Source: Ruditapes philippinarum
Lineage: Eukaryota
Assembly: GCF_026571515.1 (NCBI RefSeq)
Contig: NW_026865212.1
Span: 62,001 to 126,000 of the forward strand
Direction: 5' to 3'
DNA: 64,000 nt
Shown here: piece after piece, positions 40,927 through 53,624 of the stretch
How the letters are laid out: each line of letters begins with the position of its first letter
Position numbering within the stretch: position 1 is the first letter of the stretch
Notes under the pieces: model-generated
The model's input: only the letters and a program-made list of their open reading frames with translations
Told to the model about the DNA's origin: nothing
Databases searched by the model: none
Made by a program: the position numbers and the translations under genes

Positions 40927-42424
40927 AGACGGTAACCTTTCTTTATAAATGTTTAAGAATTTAAAACATCTAGAACATGTGTGTTTATTGGTAGAACTTC
41001 AGAGGTTATACAAGTCAAGTTATGACGATAAGAGAGTCTGTTTTGTGCTATATGTCCTGATAATAGGAGTCGATAGGATGACAATATCTACCAATGACGT
41101 TAGAAGAGCCTGCTTCTAGAGTGCCCATTCTCCAACGCTAACAGCAGGCATAAACATTACAGCATAGACTGCATGAAATCATCTGTTGTAATTCAAAATT
41201 AGCAAATCCTGCTTTTCATGTAAAATTAGTTTATGTTGACGTGTTATTAAAGACTGATCATTACTGTTGTACAAAACTAATGCATTAGTATTTTTCATGC
41301 CATAACTTTGATAAAGTGCGTGTCTTTACCTCATCGAAACATAGTAAAATGAAATGAAGAGATCGGAATATTTTTACCCTTTTTATCTAGTTTGAAAGTA
41401 TTTAACTGACAAACTTTGATTCGAATAGATTTCTTTTTAATATAATTGTCTCAAGATTACATTTTACTTAAAACATTTGGGACTCTTTCTTAGAGATATT
41501 TCTTAGAGATATGGCACATTACTGCACGCGGCATGAAGTCGAGAGGTTCTTGACAGGTTTTGTTTTCATGAATTTGAAATTTAAAGAAAGAAACGCTTAT
41601 TAAAATTAAACATATGATGAATAGAATACAAACAAGTGTCTGATATAAAAATTATCAGACTTGGCAGGTAAGCGCCCTTCATTTTTTCTTACCCTTGCCT
41701 GATGAAGTTTGTTAGCATGGTATTCTCTATTCATTCATCGTCTTACATTTCAAACATATAGAAGATAGAAGACAATCCACCTTTATAAAGACAAATAAAA
41801 TAGGACACACATCGTTTGATAACAGTTGAAAGCACCGAAATGACGCTAAACTCTGCGGCCATGCGGTCTTATCTAATTTTCATAGTGCTTCTTATAGACA
41901 TTTATGTCATTTTGAAAGGACTCCACTGGGTTTTTTTTGCATGATGGGACAAGAAATAATTTCCGGATATTAATATTTCATTTAATGTATATCTTGACCT
42001 GTACCTTAAGTGAAAAGTTTTAGATTATACCCTATGTGTATTTTAAGAAGTAGAACTTATATAATACACTATATATATATACAACGCGTCTAAACCAGGA
42101 GTATATATTTATATCTTTTTCAGGATATAGCCCTCAAAATACGCTTTCCGTTTATTTCTAGGTATATTTCCTAATTACATTTTGCATATCTTTTTATGTG
42201 TACCATCAAGTCTATGTAAGAAATTAGAATTATATGTTTTTAGACTTTTGGGCCTAAGTTCCTGTAATCAACCAAATTTATGCTGTTGATAAAATTTCTT
42301 TTATACTGGAGATGTGTCGGTGCATAAAGAATCTTGTTTTGCAACTGTGTATCGTTAGTAGAAATAATGTCCCACCAACAATACTAAGCAGTTGCATAGC
42401 GCATAATGCAGAGTTAAAAGGCAT

Positions 42425-42750
42425 TATGTTGGGTCAATCTGACATTATAAATAATCATGTTAGTGGGTTAGAGTTTTGTTGAGTCAAATTCACTTAATGT
42501 CGGGTCAAATCTGCAGAAATCGGACTCCGCATTATGTAGACTAGAATGGCGTTATGTTGGGTGAATTAGACATTATATAGAATCAGATTTGTGTTATATT
42601 GGGCAATCTGGCATTACGTCGAATCAGATTGGCATTATGTTAGGTCAAATAGACATTATGTAGAATCAGATTGATGTTAAGTTGGGTCAATCTGACATTA
42701 TGTAGAATCAGATTGATGTTAAGTTGGGTCAATCTGACATTATGTATAAC
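42425..42750. repeat. ~42-bp minisatellite
   Basis: GTTGGGTCAATCTGACATTATGTAGAATCAGATTGATGTTAA units. A shorter paralogous array lies at ~52860-53080. Confidence 0.8.
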
Positions 42751-43616
42751 CAGGTTTTCAAGTTCCTGTGGAAAAAAATTCAATATTCTTATCTAGAGCT
42801 AGCATGCCTCCCAAAGTTCATGATGAACCATGTCTTTTGTCTGCCCCTTCATAAATGATAAACAATTCTGGTAAAACCTAATTACCCATTGAAAAGTTTA
42901 TAAGAATATCTGTTCATCAGATGTTTACTAGTTCATCGTCACTTGCTGCATTTCTTGCTTGGATGCCCTTTGATCCTTTGCATCAATGCTTTTCTTGTAC
43001 ACTAATGGGACAAGACCATTTTTCCTCGTCCTGTATGAATATCTATAAATCTGAATATATAAGAGTTTATGTTGGTTGAAAAAATACTTCATCATTCTAC
43101 GTTACGTTCATAAAAACATCACAATCACTTTTATTGAAGACAACGCAATAGATAGTATGTTTAGTTTATTTGCGGAAAACTCTAATCTAAAAAAAAATAT
43201 GTTATTAAAAATATTTTAAATGAGATATTCAACAGTAATTATTTAAGTAAAATATGTTCAAATGTATTGGAGAGGTAAATACTAAATGTATTGAACAATG
43301 ACTTTGAAAGTTTTAGGCTTGTATGTTTTGATAAATTGTTTTTTGTGTTAAATGTCATTCCCTTTTGTACAGAGAATCGTTTCCTTATTACGTATATATT
43401 ATGTAACGTCGATTTGAAGAATAAACGCATTCTCACTGGAACTCTGGTTCATGTTTTTATAAGGAGTAAGATTGTTTACCAAGAAATGGGGATTTTGTTG
43501 TTCATAAGAAAAATTGACAGGGGTTTCCAATTCTCTATCCAACCAATTGATAAATTCAATTAGTATTTTATGTAAGAAAGAAAACTAGCAATGAGATAGT
43601 TTTATTTATATAGACC

Positions 43617-45961
43617 TCACATATTTGGACATGCAATCCAATTTAGTGTTGATTGGTAATTTTCAGAGTCGAGCCATGTTCCGACTGTTAAATTAGCAGA
43701 AGACGTTGTCACAGATGAAACCTATGAGTATATCCGAGTGTTAAGATTTTTGTTTACGTCAATCCTAGAAAAAGCAATTGCTATCACAGGAACCTTTGAA
43801 AATGAAGGAGAAAAATGAATAATCCGACTTTCCGTACAATTATGAGTTGCACATAATTCATGACCAAAATCAACTGACCCTGTTCGACCTGAAATAAAAA
43901 TGTAAGCACTTATTTATGTTTTATTAAACAAATACTTGAAGCCTTCTATCGTTTATTTTCCAACTCCGATTCCATAAGCTACATTATATAGCTGTTTAAA
44001 ATGTACCACATATTATTCATGTATAAATTGTGTAAAAGTAATGTTATAAGTTTGATCTATAACTAGATGTGGTGTATTGTTGTGTGCTTTAAAATTCATA
44101 ATTAGTAAAGATCATTGGCAATATTCTCATCAAACATATTTGGCCCGTCATTAAAAGCAAGAAATCCACGGGATTGGATTTTCTCTCGATGTTTTTATTT
44201 GACAAATACTTGAAGTCCAGGCTTTTTGGTGGCTTTGGCACATACATCAAACGGATATTTAAATCTCTCTAAAACACTAAAATAATGGATAATTTATTTG
44301 CTGCAATTATCCGGCGATTAAATAAATGTGTAATATGTATTAAAGACGTGTTGATGGCGAACCAATTATAGTTTTGCCCAAGCAGTGACTTTGCTAAAAC
44401 AAGAAATAAGAACAGCATTTAACATATGCGACCATTTTGACAAAAATCTAGTATCCATATTCCATTAATCACGATAAGGTTGTCCCTGTACCGTCATTAA
44501 TTCTTACGTACTAACGTACCAAATTGAGGCCAAAAAAATAAGATTACAATATCACCAAGGAAGGGCGGCATTCAATGAAACACATCCCCCCAAAAAAACA
44601 ACTAGAACTCCTTATAAATTCATATATGCATGAACAAAAGATTTCTCTTTTTCCATGATTTAAATAATCATAACAGATCATAATTACTGTTTGCCACTTT
44701 AAGAACGTTGCATGTTTGTGAATTCACAAATAAGATCATTTGAAGCCTTAACTATAACCAATAACACTGCACATTGTGCATCTGTACCTTAATGGCATAG
44801 TAACGCTTTCATTCAGGCAGAACTAGAGTCTAAAATTGTAATAAAGGAAACGTATGATACGTAACAGTGAATGAAAACAAGCAAAAATCTATATAAAGAT
44901 AACCCGTCAAATAACATGATGGATCCTTAACGTGCCCAGTTGGAGGTCTTTTGTCGTCCATTTTGTTATAGTGTTTGCTATCTCTATTCTGATATGCTTT
45001 GGGCTGGCGTTATACGGGTGGAAATATCAATTCTTGTTAACTGTATACATTTCCGTCCAGGAACGGAGATAAATAGTGGTTATGTTAAATAATTTACCAA
45101 TAGTTAATTTTTAAAATACCGGACCAGCAATCGTACTCACATCTTTGAAGTTTTTCAGCATTCAATCCAGCTCGAAGATCTGAAAAATACAATAACATGA
45201 CTTTTTCTAAGTTCAAGATATTAAGGTAACTAATTTTTATTTCATTGGTTGGGTTTTACGCCGCACCAACACATATTGAAGACATCAGGGCACTTAGGTA
45301 GAACCACCGAAGTTCCGGGAGCTAGCTGGATAGCTTCATAACATGAAATAATCCAAAGTCCCCGGTGTGGTCCGAACCCACAGTAGTGATGGCAAGTGGT
45401 TTTAAGTCTACGACCTTAATCACTCGGTCACGGATGCCAGAAATCCTTACTAAATAAATAAAAAAGACAAACAATATACAATAAAGAATAAGTATGAATT
45501 GCATCTTCAAATTGCAATATTGCCATACATAATATACATCAAAGATTATTTTTTATAACACACTTGGAACCTGTGCACAATGAAAGTTGTATTTATTATA
45601 TATTTTGATTAAATCAAGAGATAAATGTTATCCAATTACAAATATATACACTACCTGCTACTTCTTTTGCATGTTCACCCTTTAACTGAGCAAATGTGGC
45701 ATTTAATTGAGCAACGTCCCGAGACTGTGTAGCGTTCAAGTTGGCAACTTCTTGGGAATATATAGCATCCAACTGACCGATCTCCTGAGCATGTTTGGCT
45801 TTCATGTCAGCAATAGTTGAATTTAAATCCCCAATCTCAGTTCGAAGTTGAAATATGGCTTCTGCAATGGATACCGGATCATGAAGTAGAAGACGTTTAT
45901 TCTCGCTGATGACTTCGCTCGATACAATTACTAAAAGAAGCTGAATGCATAAAAACTTCAT
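43617..45961 (-). pseudogene. Lectin gene L4: divergent H-type lectin head with an in-frame TAG
   Basis: Exons 45961-45655, 45179-45141 and 43888-43617. Exon 3 reads CRTGSVDFGHELCATHNCTESRIIHFSPSFSKVPVIAIAFSRIDVNKNLNTRIYS*VSSVTTSSANLTVGTWLDSENYQSTLNWIACPNM. TAG at 43724-43722. Exon 3 is missed by the ORF track. Confidence 0.88.
45245..45438 (-). mobile_element. tRNA-derived SINE in L4 intron 1
   Basis: Head GGCATCCGTGACCGAGTGATTAAGG (A box) ... GGTTCGGACC (B box), followed by a non-tRNA body and an AACC-type tail. Confidence 0.8.
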
Positions 45962-46591
45962 TGTGTAACGTGGCAGTACTACGATCCGTTAGTAAATGTT
46001 TCTTTCGTTGCTTTGGTGCGCAAAATATGATTACGAATATTTAGATAAGACGTGGTATTTAAATAGTTTGTTCCAATTTTGTTAAAGGTACTTGTAGTAA
46101 ACCACTCTTCATCAGCCAATGTATTGACTGTTAACATAGCAGAAGACGTTGTTACAGCTGATACCCTTGACGTAATCCGAATATTATGACCTGCATGCAC
46201 ATCCATCATCGCAAATGCGAATGTAACTACAGGAACCTTTGTGAACGGAGGATTGAAGTGTATGACTTGACTCTCTGAACATTGTTGCTGGGCGCATTTT
46301 TCGTGGTGGAAACCTATCGATCCTGTCCGACCTGTTAAAATCAATTTTATGCCGATCAATATATCTGTGTTGTCTTTGTTTTAAGAGACAAGTATTTAAA
46401 CTAGGGACTGTTTATTTTAGTTTGTATTTATGGTAATCGTAGTTTTTGTCTGTCATTTTGGTAGTAAAGAGCAAGGCTTCAAGCAGATTAAGTTTGGTCA
46501 ATAGTCATGGATGAGTAAAATAACGTTTAGGGCTATTCGACCACGAACATGATATTTCTTTAATATCAATATGGAAATATTTAAAGAAATA

Positions 46592-46990
46592 TATAGAGGA
46601 TATTCAAGTTTTTTCTATAAATACATGATTTATTTTCATTGAGTGGTATGAAAATAAATATTTCATGAGTGGCGGTAGCCACGAGTGAAATATGGTAATT
46701 TTCATGCCACAAGATGAAAATAAATCATGTATTTATAGAAAAAACTTGAATTTTCTGTTTATTTTATATATATTTTTCTTTTTTGCGATAAAATTTGAAA
46801 TACTTTCCCTTAAATTTTGTGTACTGGCAGAATTTAAAAGAAAGTAGTCCGGCAAGACACCAGTGAAAATACGGAAAATATGTTTCACTGCAGTGAAAAA
46901 TAAATTTTTACAGTGAAAATACGGAAAATGAAAATACGCATTTTATTTCATCAATATTTCTCAATATTTCATTTATAAGTATATAATAAA
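46592..46990. mobile_element. Hairpin-type non-autonomous element (Crypton-like) in L5 intron 2
   Basis: Perfect ~37-bp inverted arms TTCAAGTTTTTTCTATAAATACATGATTTATTTTCAT around a GAGTGGCGGTAGCCACGAG core. Absent at the paralogous L3 site (~38915). Confidence 0.75.
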
Positions 46991-47221
46991 CACGTTTAAT
47001 GTGCTTTATCAAAAAAGTTTGTTTATTTAAAGTTGGGATCGATAGAAATGAAAGTTGAAAATCGATGACTCGGTTTTAGTAAGCCATGTGCCAACATAAC
47101 ATCATATTTAGCTATTTTAATATATATTATGCTTAAAATTGATATTTGAAACAAAACTGATAATTACTTTACAGTCTCTTTTGAAAGGTGAAAAATATCT
47201 AGAAAATATGATATGTTTTAA

Positions 47222-47940
47222 CATGCTTAAAGTCGATGTCGAAGGAAATAAGACATATAATAAAAGTAATTGGGCTTATCAAATTAAAATTATACTTGAT
47301 AAATGCGGACTTTTGTATATTTGGCAAAACCAATATAGCATGTTAATTGACTATAATATTATTGAACGACGCATATTATATATTTATTATCAAAGTTGGT
47401 ATTGTTCTATCAATAATTCTAGTCGTCTAGATACATACAGTTCTATAAAATATAAATTTGAATGTGAAAGTTATCTTAATTATATTAACGACAAAAGATT
47501 TCGAGTTGCGCTTACAAAATTTCGCACATCATCTCACGACTTGTTTATTGAAAAGGGAAGATATACAAACGTACCTAGATTGGAAAGAATATGCAATAAT
47601 TGTTCTTCGAGACAAATTGAAAACGAATTTCACTTTTTGTTTACATGCTCACAATATGCTGACCTTCGCAAAAATATCAGAAATTGCAGAAATTTACTAA
47701 TTTATTATTTTCTGAATCTAAAATAATTGTAAGAGATCTTTCTAAATATTTATATTATGCAAATTTGATTAGAAAATAGTTTTACAGAACCTCAAACACG
47801 TCATAATTATGAATTCATATGTTTTAAATTGTATTTTTGTGCTCCTTGAAAAATCCATGTCTTCTGCCTATAGTTATGTTGTATGTGCTATAAACATATA
47901 TTGTATGTTTAATGCAATAAACTTATTTGAGTTGAGTTGA
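47222..47940 (+). mobile_element. 5'-truncated LINE 3' end
   Basis: ORF with FRTSSHDLFIEKGRY...RICNNC...ENEFHFLFTC, then AATAAA and a (TTGAG)3 tail. TSD GTTTTAA at 47215-47221 and 47941-47947. Empty site at ~39160. Confidence 0.9.
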
Positions 47941-49149
47941 GTTTTAAACACTACAAACTATATGAAATCAAAGTATGATTGCGTATGGCCTCAACAGACG
48001 GTAGGATTTAGTTATACAACACTAATTAGAGATAAGATGTACAATTTTCAAAGTAATACAATACTTGCATTCAAACCGTAATTCTGCATTATCAGGGAAT
48101 CATCTCAGGTTTCCCTAATAAAAGTTCCCTCCCAATTGATCCTTTACATACTTTACTCACTATTTTTTCTCCATGAGTGATGATTGAAACACCTCCATTT
48201 TCTTTAATTGTTAATTTTTTTTAATGTACAGCCTGACCGAGACTCAAGTCTGGGATCCTCGGAATACCGTACTGCGGTTCTTCTGATTGAGCTATCCGGC
48301 CGCCTACAAACTACCTCCCCTGATTAGAGAACAGTTAAATACCGTGACATAATCATTTTCGGAACAATGGGATTCAAACATACCACAGCTTAGGGTCTCC
48401 TGAAGAGTTTTTCAACATCATTTTCACCCCATCTTTCTACTATGTTTACCTTTTAGCCCTTATTGTTCTGGAATTTCATTCATTACACCCATTATCAAGA
48501 GATAATTTAATAATCTGTAACTTGTCATTGTGGGAGGTCTGTAGAAATTTGCACGACAAGATTTTCAAAATAGAACATGTCCTATCTCTTACATCTAGAC
48601 TTAAGGTTTACGAATTCAAGAAATAGTAGCTTCACACATAAATATTTGCTTGTCCATCTTAGTTTTAATTGGTGTTATACTTCAAAATACTATCGTCTAT
48701 TGAGGCCTGTAGTGTCATTAATATACTGGCAGTTTTTATACACAAAAAAAACCAAGCTAATTTGACAAGCAATAGGAAACGAAGCCTTCCAATCATAATA
48801 TATATATTTACTTTTTCAAAATAGACATATTCAAGAAGGATTGACTAGATTTCAATAAATTTCTGCGATAAAACTTTTTTACCCAAACATTAGCATAGTA
48901 TTATCATTAACCAGATGAAGCACACTTATTGGCGTTTCACGATAGAATTCAATATCTTAATAATTCTAAATAATTTCGTAATTTTAGGCTTTGATTTCTC
49001 TTAACATTGTTCGATCACATCTTATTTTCTTAACGAATTCTGGGTCATTATGTTTTTATCTTCAAAATAAGACCATTTGGCGGCTTTTCAGCTTTATTGG
49101 TGAACGAATACCTCAGATGTCCCTCTATACATTTTACAGACCAAACAGG

Positions 49150-49286
49150 CATCTGAGTAGAACCACTGACGTTCCGTAAGCTAGCTGGATAGCTTTCTCA
49201 TATCAAAGAATCCGAAGACGCTATCGCGACTCAAAACTACAGCGGTTTGAAGTCAACGACCTTAACCTCTCGCCTACGGACGCCCA
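49150..49286 (-). mobile_element. tRNA-derived SINE relic (duplicated with 39575-39709)
   Basis: Same sequence and position within the segmental duplication. Confidence 0.7.
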
Positions 49287-51442
49287 TGAAGCGAATACTG
49301 TTGAGAATGATCAAGCACACACAGATCTGCTGCGTTCTTTGATTAAAATTGGACAGTTGGATGTTATCAATGACAAAGAAAAATTAAGCGATGATCCAAG
49401 TATTCTTTCCCGTGACTACAGATTTATTAAAACCTTATCTGCAGCTTCCGCTTATAAATTGGTTCACCATTTAACTCACCATGTATTCCCGTAATTGGTT
49501 TCGTAAAAAATAGACTTAAAGATAACCAGTGGGTATATGTTTCAAAAGAATTTACACTTACATTTAGTAATTATCATACTTACATCTTTCAAGTTTCTCA
49601 GCATTTAAACCAGCTTTAAGATCTGAAAGAAAAAAACATAACAAGATCTATAGGGTCAAAGTATAATAAACATTGTTGAATTCTAAATGCAAAATTGTGG
49701 TTAAGCTCAAGTGAGATTCCCTTATTGAACACCTTTTATTTATTGCGCCTAAAGCTAGGTTCACACATTTTCTAACCTTACAACTCAATCCCAAATAGAG
49801 AGGAAATTATAAGTATTCTAAAGGTATCAGCTGGAGGCAATGAAATATCACGCCAAGAGAACTCCTGGACATATACTGACGCAAAAAACTGTGCACTTGG
49901 TTTTAACTGTTGTTTTTTCAGGCTAGTCTTGTAAAAACATTTAAATGGTACCATAATCCAGTTAATATACCGGTATATAACTAATGGAACCTTTTTCTGT
50001 TTATATGGATAAAGTTTAAATCAAAGCGTGCATTTATAAACCTGTTCAACTTAAACGAATTTTACCTGCTACTTCTTTTGCGTGTTCTGCTTTCAGTTGA
50101 GCAACATCACGAGAATGTGTGGCATTCAAATGAGCAACATCCTGTGAGTGAGAAACCATCATTTGAGCTATAGTTGTATTCAGCTCTTCAATCTTTGTTC
50201 CCAGTTTATATAAGGCATCGGCAATAGATTCTGGATCGTGAAGAAGAAGACGTTTGCTTTCTAGGCTGCAAGATTCATGCAATAAAATTGCCAAAAGCAA
50301 CTGAATTAGTAAAGATTCCATTGTGCACTGACCTATAACTTAACATATGTTTGTGAACTTCGTAATATTTTAGTTTAACTGTTCTTATCTAGATAAAATT
50401 TGACATTATATTAAATCACCTTTTATAAAGACGGTAACCTTTCTTTATAAATGTTTAAGAATTTAAAACATCTAGAACATGTGTGTTTATTGGTAGAACT
50501 TCAGAGGTTATACAAGTCAAGTTATGACGATAAGAGAGTCTGTTTTGTGCTATATGTCGTGATGATAGGAGTCGATAGGATGACAATATCTACCAATGAC
50601 GTTAGATGAGCCTGCTTCTAGAGTGCCCATTCTCCAACGCTCACAGCAGGCATAAACATTGCAGCATAGACTGCATGAAATCATCTGTTGTAATTCAAAA
50701 TTAGCAAATCCTGCTTTTCATGTAAAATTAGTTTATGTTGACGTCTTATTAAAGACTGATCATTACTGTTGTACAAAACTAATGCATTAGTATTTTTTCA
50801 TGCCATAACTTTGATAAAGTGCGTGTCTTTTATCAGTCACTCTCAGCGTTATCAGACACCTCATCGAAACATAGTGAAATAAAATGAAGAGATCGGAATA
50901 TTTTTACCCTTTTATCTAGTTTGAAAGTATTTAACTGACAAACTTTGAATCGAATAGATTTCTTTTTAATATAATTGTCTCAAGATTACATTTTACTTAA
51001 AACATTTTGGACTCTTTCTTAGAGATATTTCTTAGAGATATGGCACATTACTGCACGCGGCATGAAGTTGAGAGGTTCTTGACAGGTTTTTGTTTTCATG
51101 AATTTGAAATCTAAAGAAAGAAACGCTTATTAAAATTAAACATATGATAAATGAATACAAACAAGTGTCTGATATAAAAAAAAATTTAGACTTGGCAAGG
51201 CCTCTTTTTGTCTTACTCCATTAGACACTAGCATGGTATTCTCTATTCATTCATCGTCTTACATTTCAAACATATAGAAGACAAATCACCTTTATAAAGA
51301 CAAATAAACTAGGACACACAATGTTTGATAACAGGTGAAAGCACCGAAATGACGATAAACTCTGCGGTCATGCGGTCTTATCTATTTTTCATAGACTAAG
51401 TGCTTCTTATAGACATTTATGTCATTTTCAAACGACACAACT

Positions 51443-52374
51443 GGAGTAGTGGCGACATATAGGGATCACTTCTCCGTCGTCTGTCTGTCCGTCTGTCCGT
51501 ATGTCTGTCTGTCCGTCTGTCCGTCACAAAACTTGTCCAGACTACTGCTCATAAACTACTGGTGCAATTTCATCCAAACTTTACAGGAATGATCAGTACC
51601 AAGTCTAGTTGTGCATATTGTCAGCATTTTCCGGTTCAATAATTTTTGTCAGAGTTATGGCCCTTTAATAATTTTTAATTTTAAAGTTTGTCCGGACTAC
51701 TTCTCTTATACCACTAATGCAATTTCAATGAAACTTTACAGGATTGATCTGTAGCTCAAGTCCTTGCGCATTTTGCACGGGTTTTCTGGTTGAATGATTT
51801 TTGGCCGAGTTATGGCCCTTTGATAAAAAGGTGTTTTTTCTGTGTGTTGCCAGATACACAAAAGCTTGTCCGGGCTACTCCTCATAAACTACTGGTGCAA
51901 TTTCATCCAAACTTTACAGGAATGATCAGTACCAAGTCTAGTTTTGCATATTGTCAGCATTTTCTGGTTCACTGATTTTTGTCAGAGTTATTGCCCTTTA
52001 ATAATTTTTATTTTTTAAGTTTGTCCGGACTACTTCTCTTATACCACTTATGCAATTCCAATGAAACTTTACAGGATTGATCTGTAGCTCAAGTCCTTGC
52101 GTGTATTGCACGGGTTTTCTGGTTGAATGATTTTGGCCGAGTTATGGCCCTTTGATAAAAAGGTGTTTTTTTCTGTGTGTTGCCAGATACGCAAAAGCTT
52201 GTCCGGACTACTCCTCATAAACTACTGGTGCAATTTTATCCAAACTTTACAGGAATGATCAGTACCAAGTCTAGTTGTGCACTGTCCGTCTGTCTGTCCG
52301 TCTGTCACAAAATTTGTCCCAACATGTAATTGGCCATCATGAGGCGACACATGTGATTACTGATCGCTCTTGTT
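51443..52374 (+). mobile_element. Helentron/HINE-like element with a (GTCT/GTCC)n microsatellite and ~335-bp dimeric satellite units
   Basis: Microsatellite at 51475-51525. CATAAACTACTGGTGCAATTT recurs at 51550, 51883 and 52215. CTCTTGTT 3' end. Absent at the paralogous T-run at ~41932. Confidence 0.82.
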
Positions 52375-53404
52375 TGGCATGAAGGAACTTGAAATAATTG
52401 CGGGATGTTAATATTTCATTTAATGTATATCAAGACCTGCAGCTTAAGTGGAAAGTTTTAGATTACACCCATATGTGTATTTCAGAAGTAAAGCTGTACA
52501 TAATACACTTAAGAAAACGGAGTATACTTTATATATATACTCCTGGTTTAGACCCCGTGGTGTTTCAAGGATAAAGCCCCAAAAATACGCTTTCAATTGA
52601 TTTCAAAGTATATTTCTTAACAACCATTTGCATATCTTTCCTTTTTTAATTGAACCATCTAGTCTTTGTAAGAAATTTAAAGTGTATAATTTAAGTCTTT
52701 TTGGGTCTCAGTGAAGTTCCTGTAATCAACCAAAGATATGTTGTTGCTAAAAGTTCCTATATACTCGAGATTTGTCGGTGCATAAAGAATCTTGTTTTGC
52801 TACTGTTAATTGTCCAACCAACAATACTAAGCAGTACATAGCTTATTATGCAGAGTTAAATTGGAATCACATTGGATCAATCTGGCATTATAAATAATCA
52901 TATCAGTGTTGTGTTGAGTTAGGTTTGAGATCTGTTGATTTAAATTAACATTATGTCGGGTCAAATCTGCAGAAATGGGACTCCACATTATGTAGAATCA
53001 GAATGGCGTTATGTTGGGCCAATGAGACATTATTTAGATACAGATTGGCGTTTTACTGGGTCAATAGGACATTATGTACTTAATGGAACTGTAGGTCATA
53101 TATTTACTTTGAAATTGTGTAATTGATTTTTAATCACAATAAGAATACGAAATTATATTGTGCATTTGTAGATTATAAAAAAACTTTCGTTTCTGTAAAA
53201 AAAAACTTTTTTACGGAAGAAACTTTTAATGGTAAAATGCTAAGAGTAATTTAATTGTATTTACGACAAAGCTATATCATGTGTAAAAAGCACTCAGGGT
53301 TTATCAACTTATTTTACAAGTGCAACGTACAGGTGTCCGTCAAGGTGAAAATCTATCACCTATTTTCTTTCTTCCTGAATGATCTTGTGGAGCATATTTC
53401 ATAT

Positions 53405-53600
53405 ATGTACAAGAAAAGCATTGATGCAAAGCATCAAAGGGCGTCCAAGCAAGAAATGCAGCAAGTGAAGATGAACTAGTAGACATATGATGACAAGATA
53501 TTCTTATAAACTACCAGAATTGTATATCACTTATGAATGAGCGGACGAAAGACATTGTACATTATGAACTTTGATTGGCATGCTACAGATTAGAATATTA
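53405..53600. repeat. ~200-bp local repeat present three times
   Basis: Reverse complement of 42782-43001 and a direct copy of 58505-58715 (TGCAAAGCATCAAA-GGC-TCCAAGCAAGAAATGCA). Confidence 0.85.
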
Positions 53601-53624
53601 CTTGTTATTTCTTTATGATCGTGG

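Larger units (their letters stand above)
45979..50321 (-). pseudogene. Lectin gene L5: paralogue of L3 with exon 3 truncated by a deletion and fused to the L4 upstream region
   Basis: Exons 50321-50066, 49622-49584 and 46331 onward. Lectin sequence ends at TVNTLAD (46111) and continues in L4 promoter-derived sequence to TAG at 45981-45979. Confidence 0.85.
46330..53080. repeat. Segmental duplicate of 38640-42745 (L3 unit), with several unit-specific insertions
   Basis: Long near-identical stretches, for example 39720-40130 versus 49297-49710, and 40800-41650 versus 50302-51175. Confidence 0.9.

Noticed and set aside
25483-43724. Recoding or selenocysteine at in-frame stops
   Set aside because: The stops are TAA, TAA and TAG rather than TGA, fall at non-equivalent positions, and paralogues have sense codons there.
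45350-45438. tRNA gene (also 39640-39709, 48225-48305, 49220-49286)
   Set aside because: Degenerate A/B boxes without intact stems, attached to a repeated non-tRNA body. These are SINE heads.
45961-45981. In-frame L5-L4 fusion protein by stop read-through
   Set aside because: The L4 ATG is one base out of frame with the L5 TAG.
53255-53479. Coding role for the triplicated 200-bp segment
   Set aside because: The copies differ by frame-breaking indels and share no conserved ORF or splice sites.
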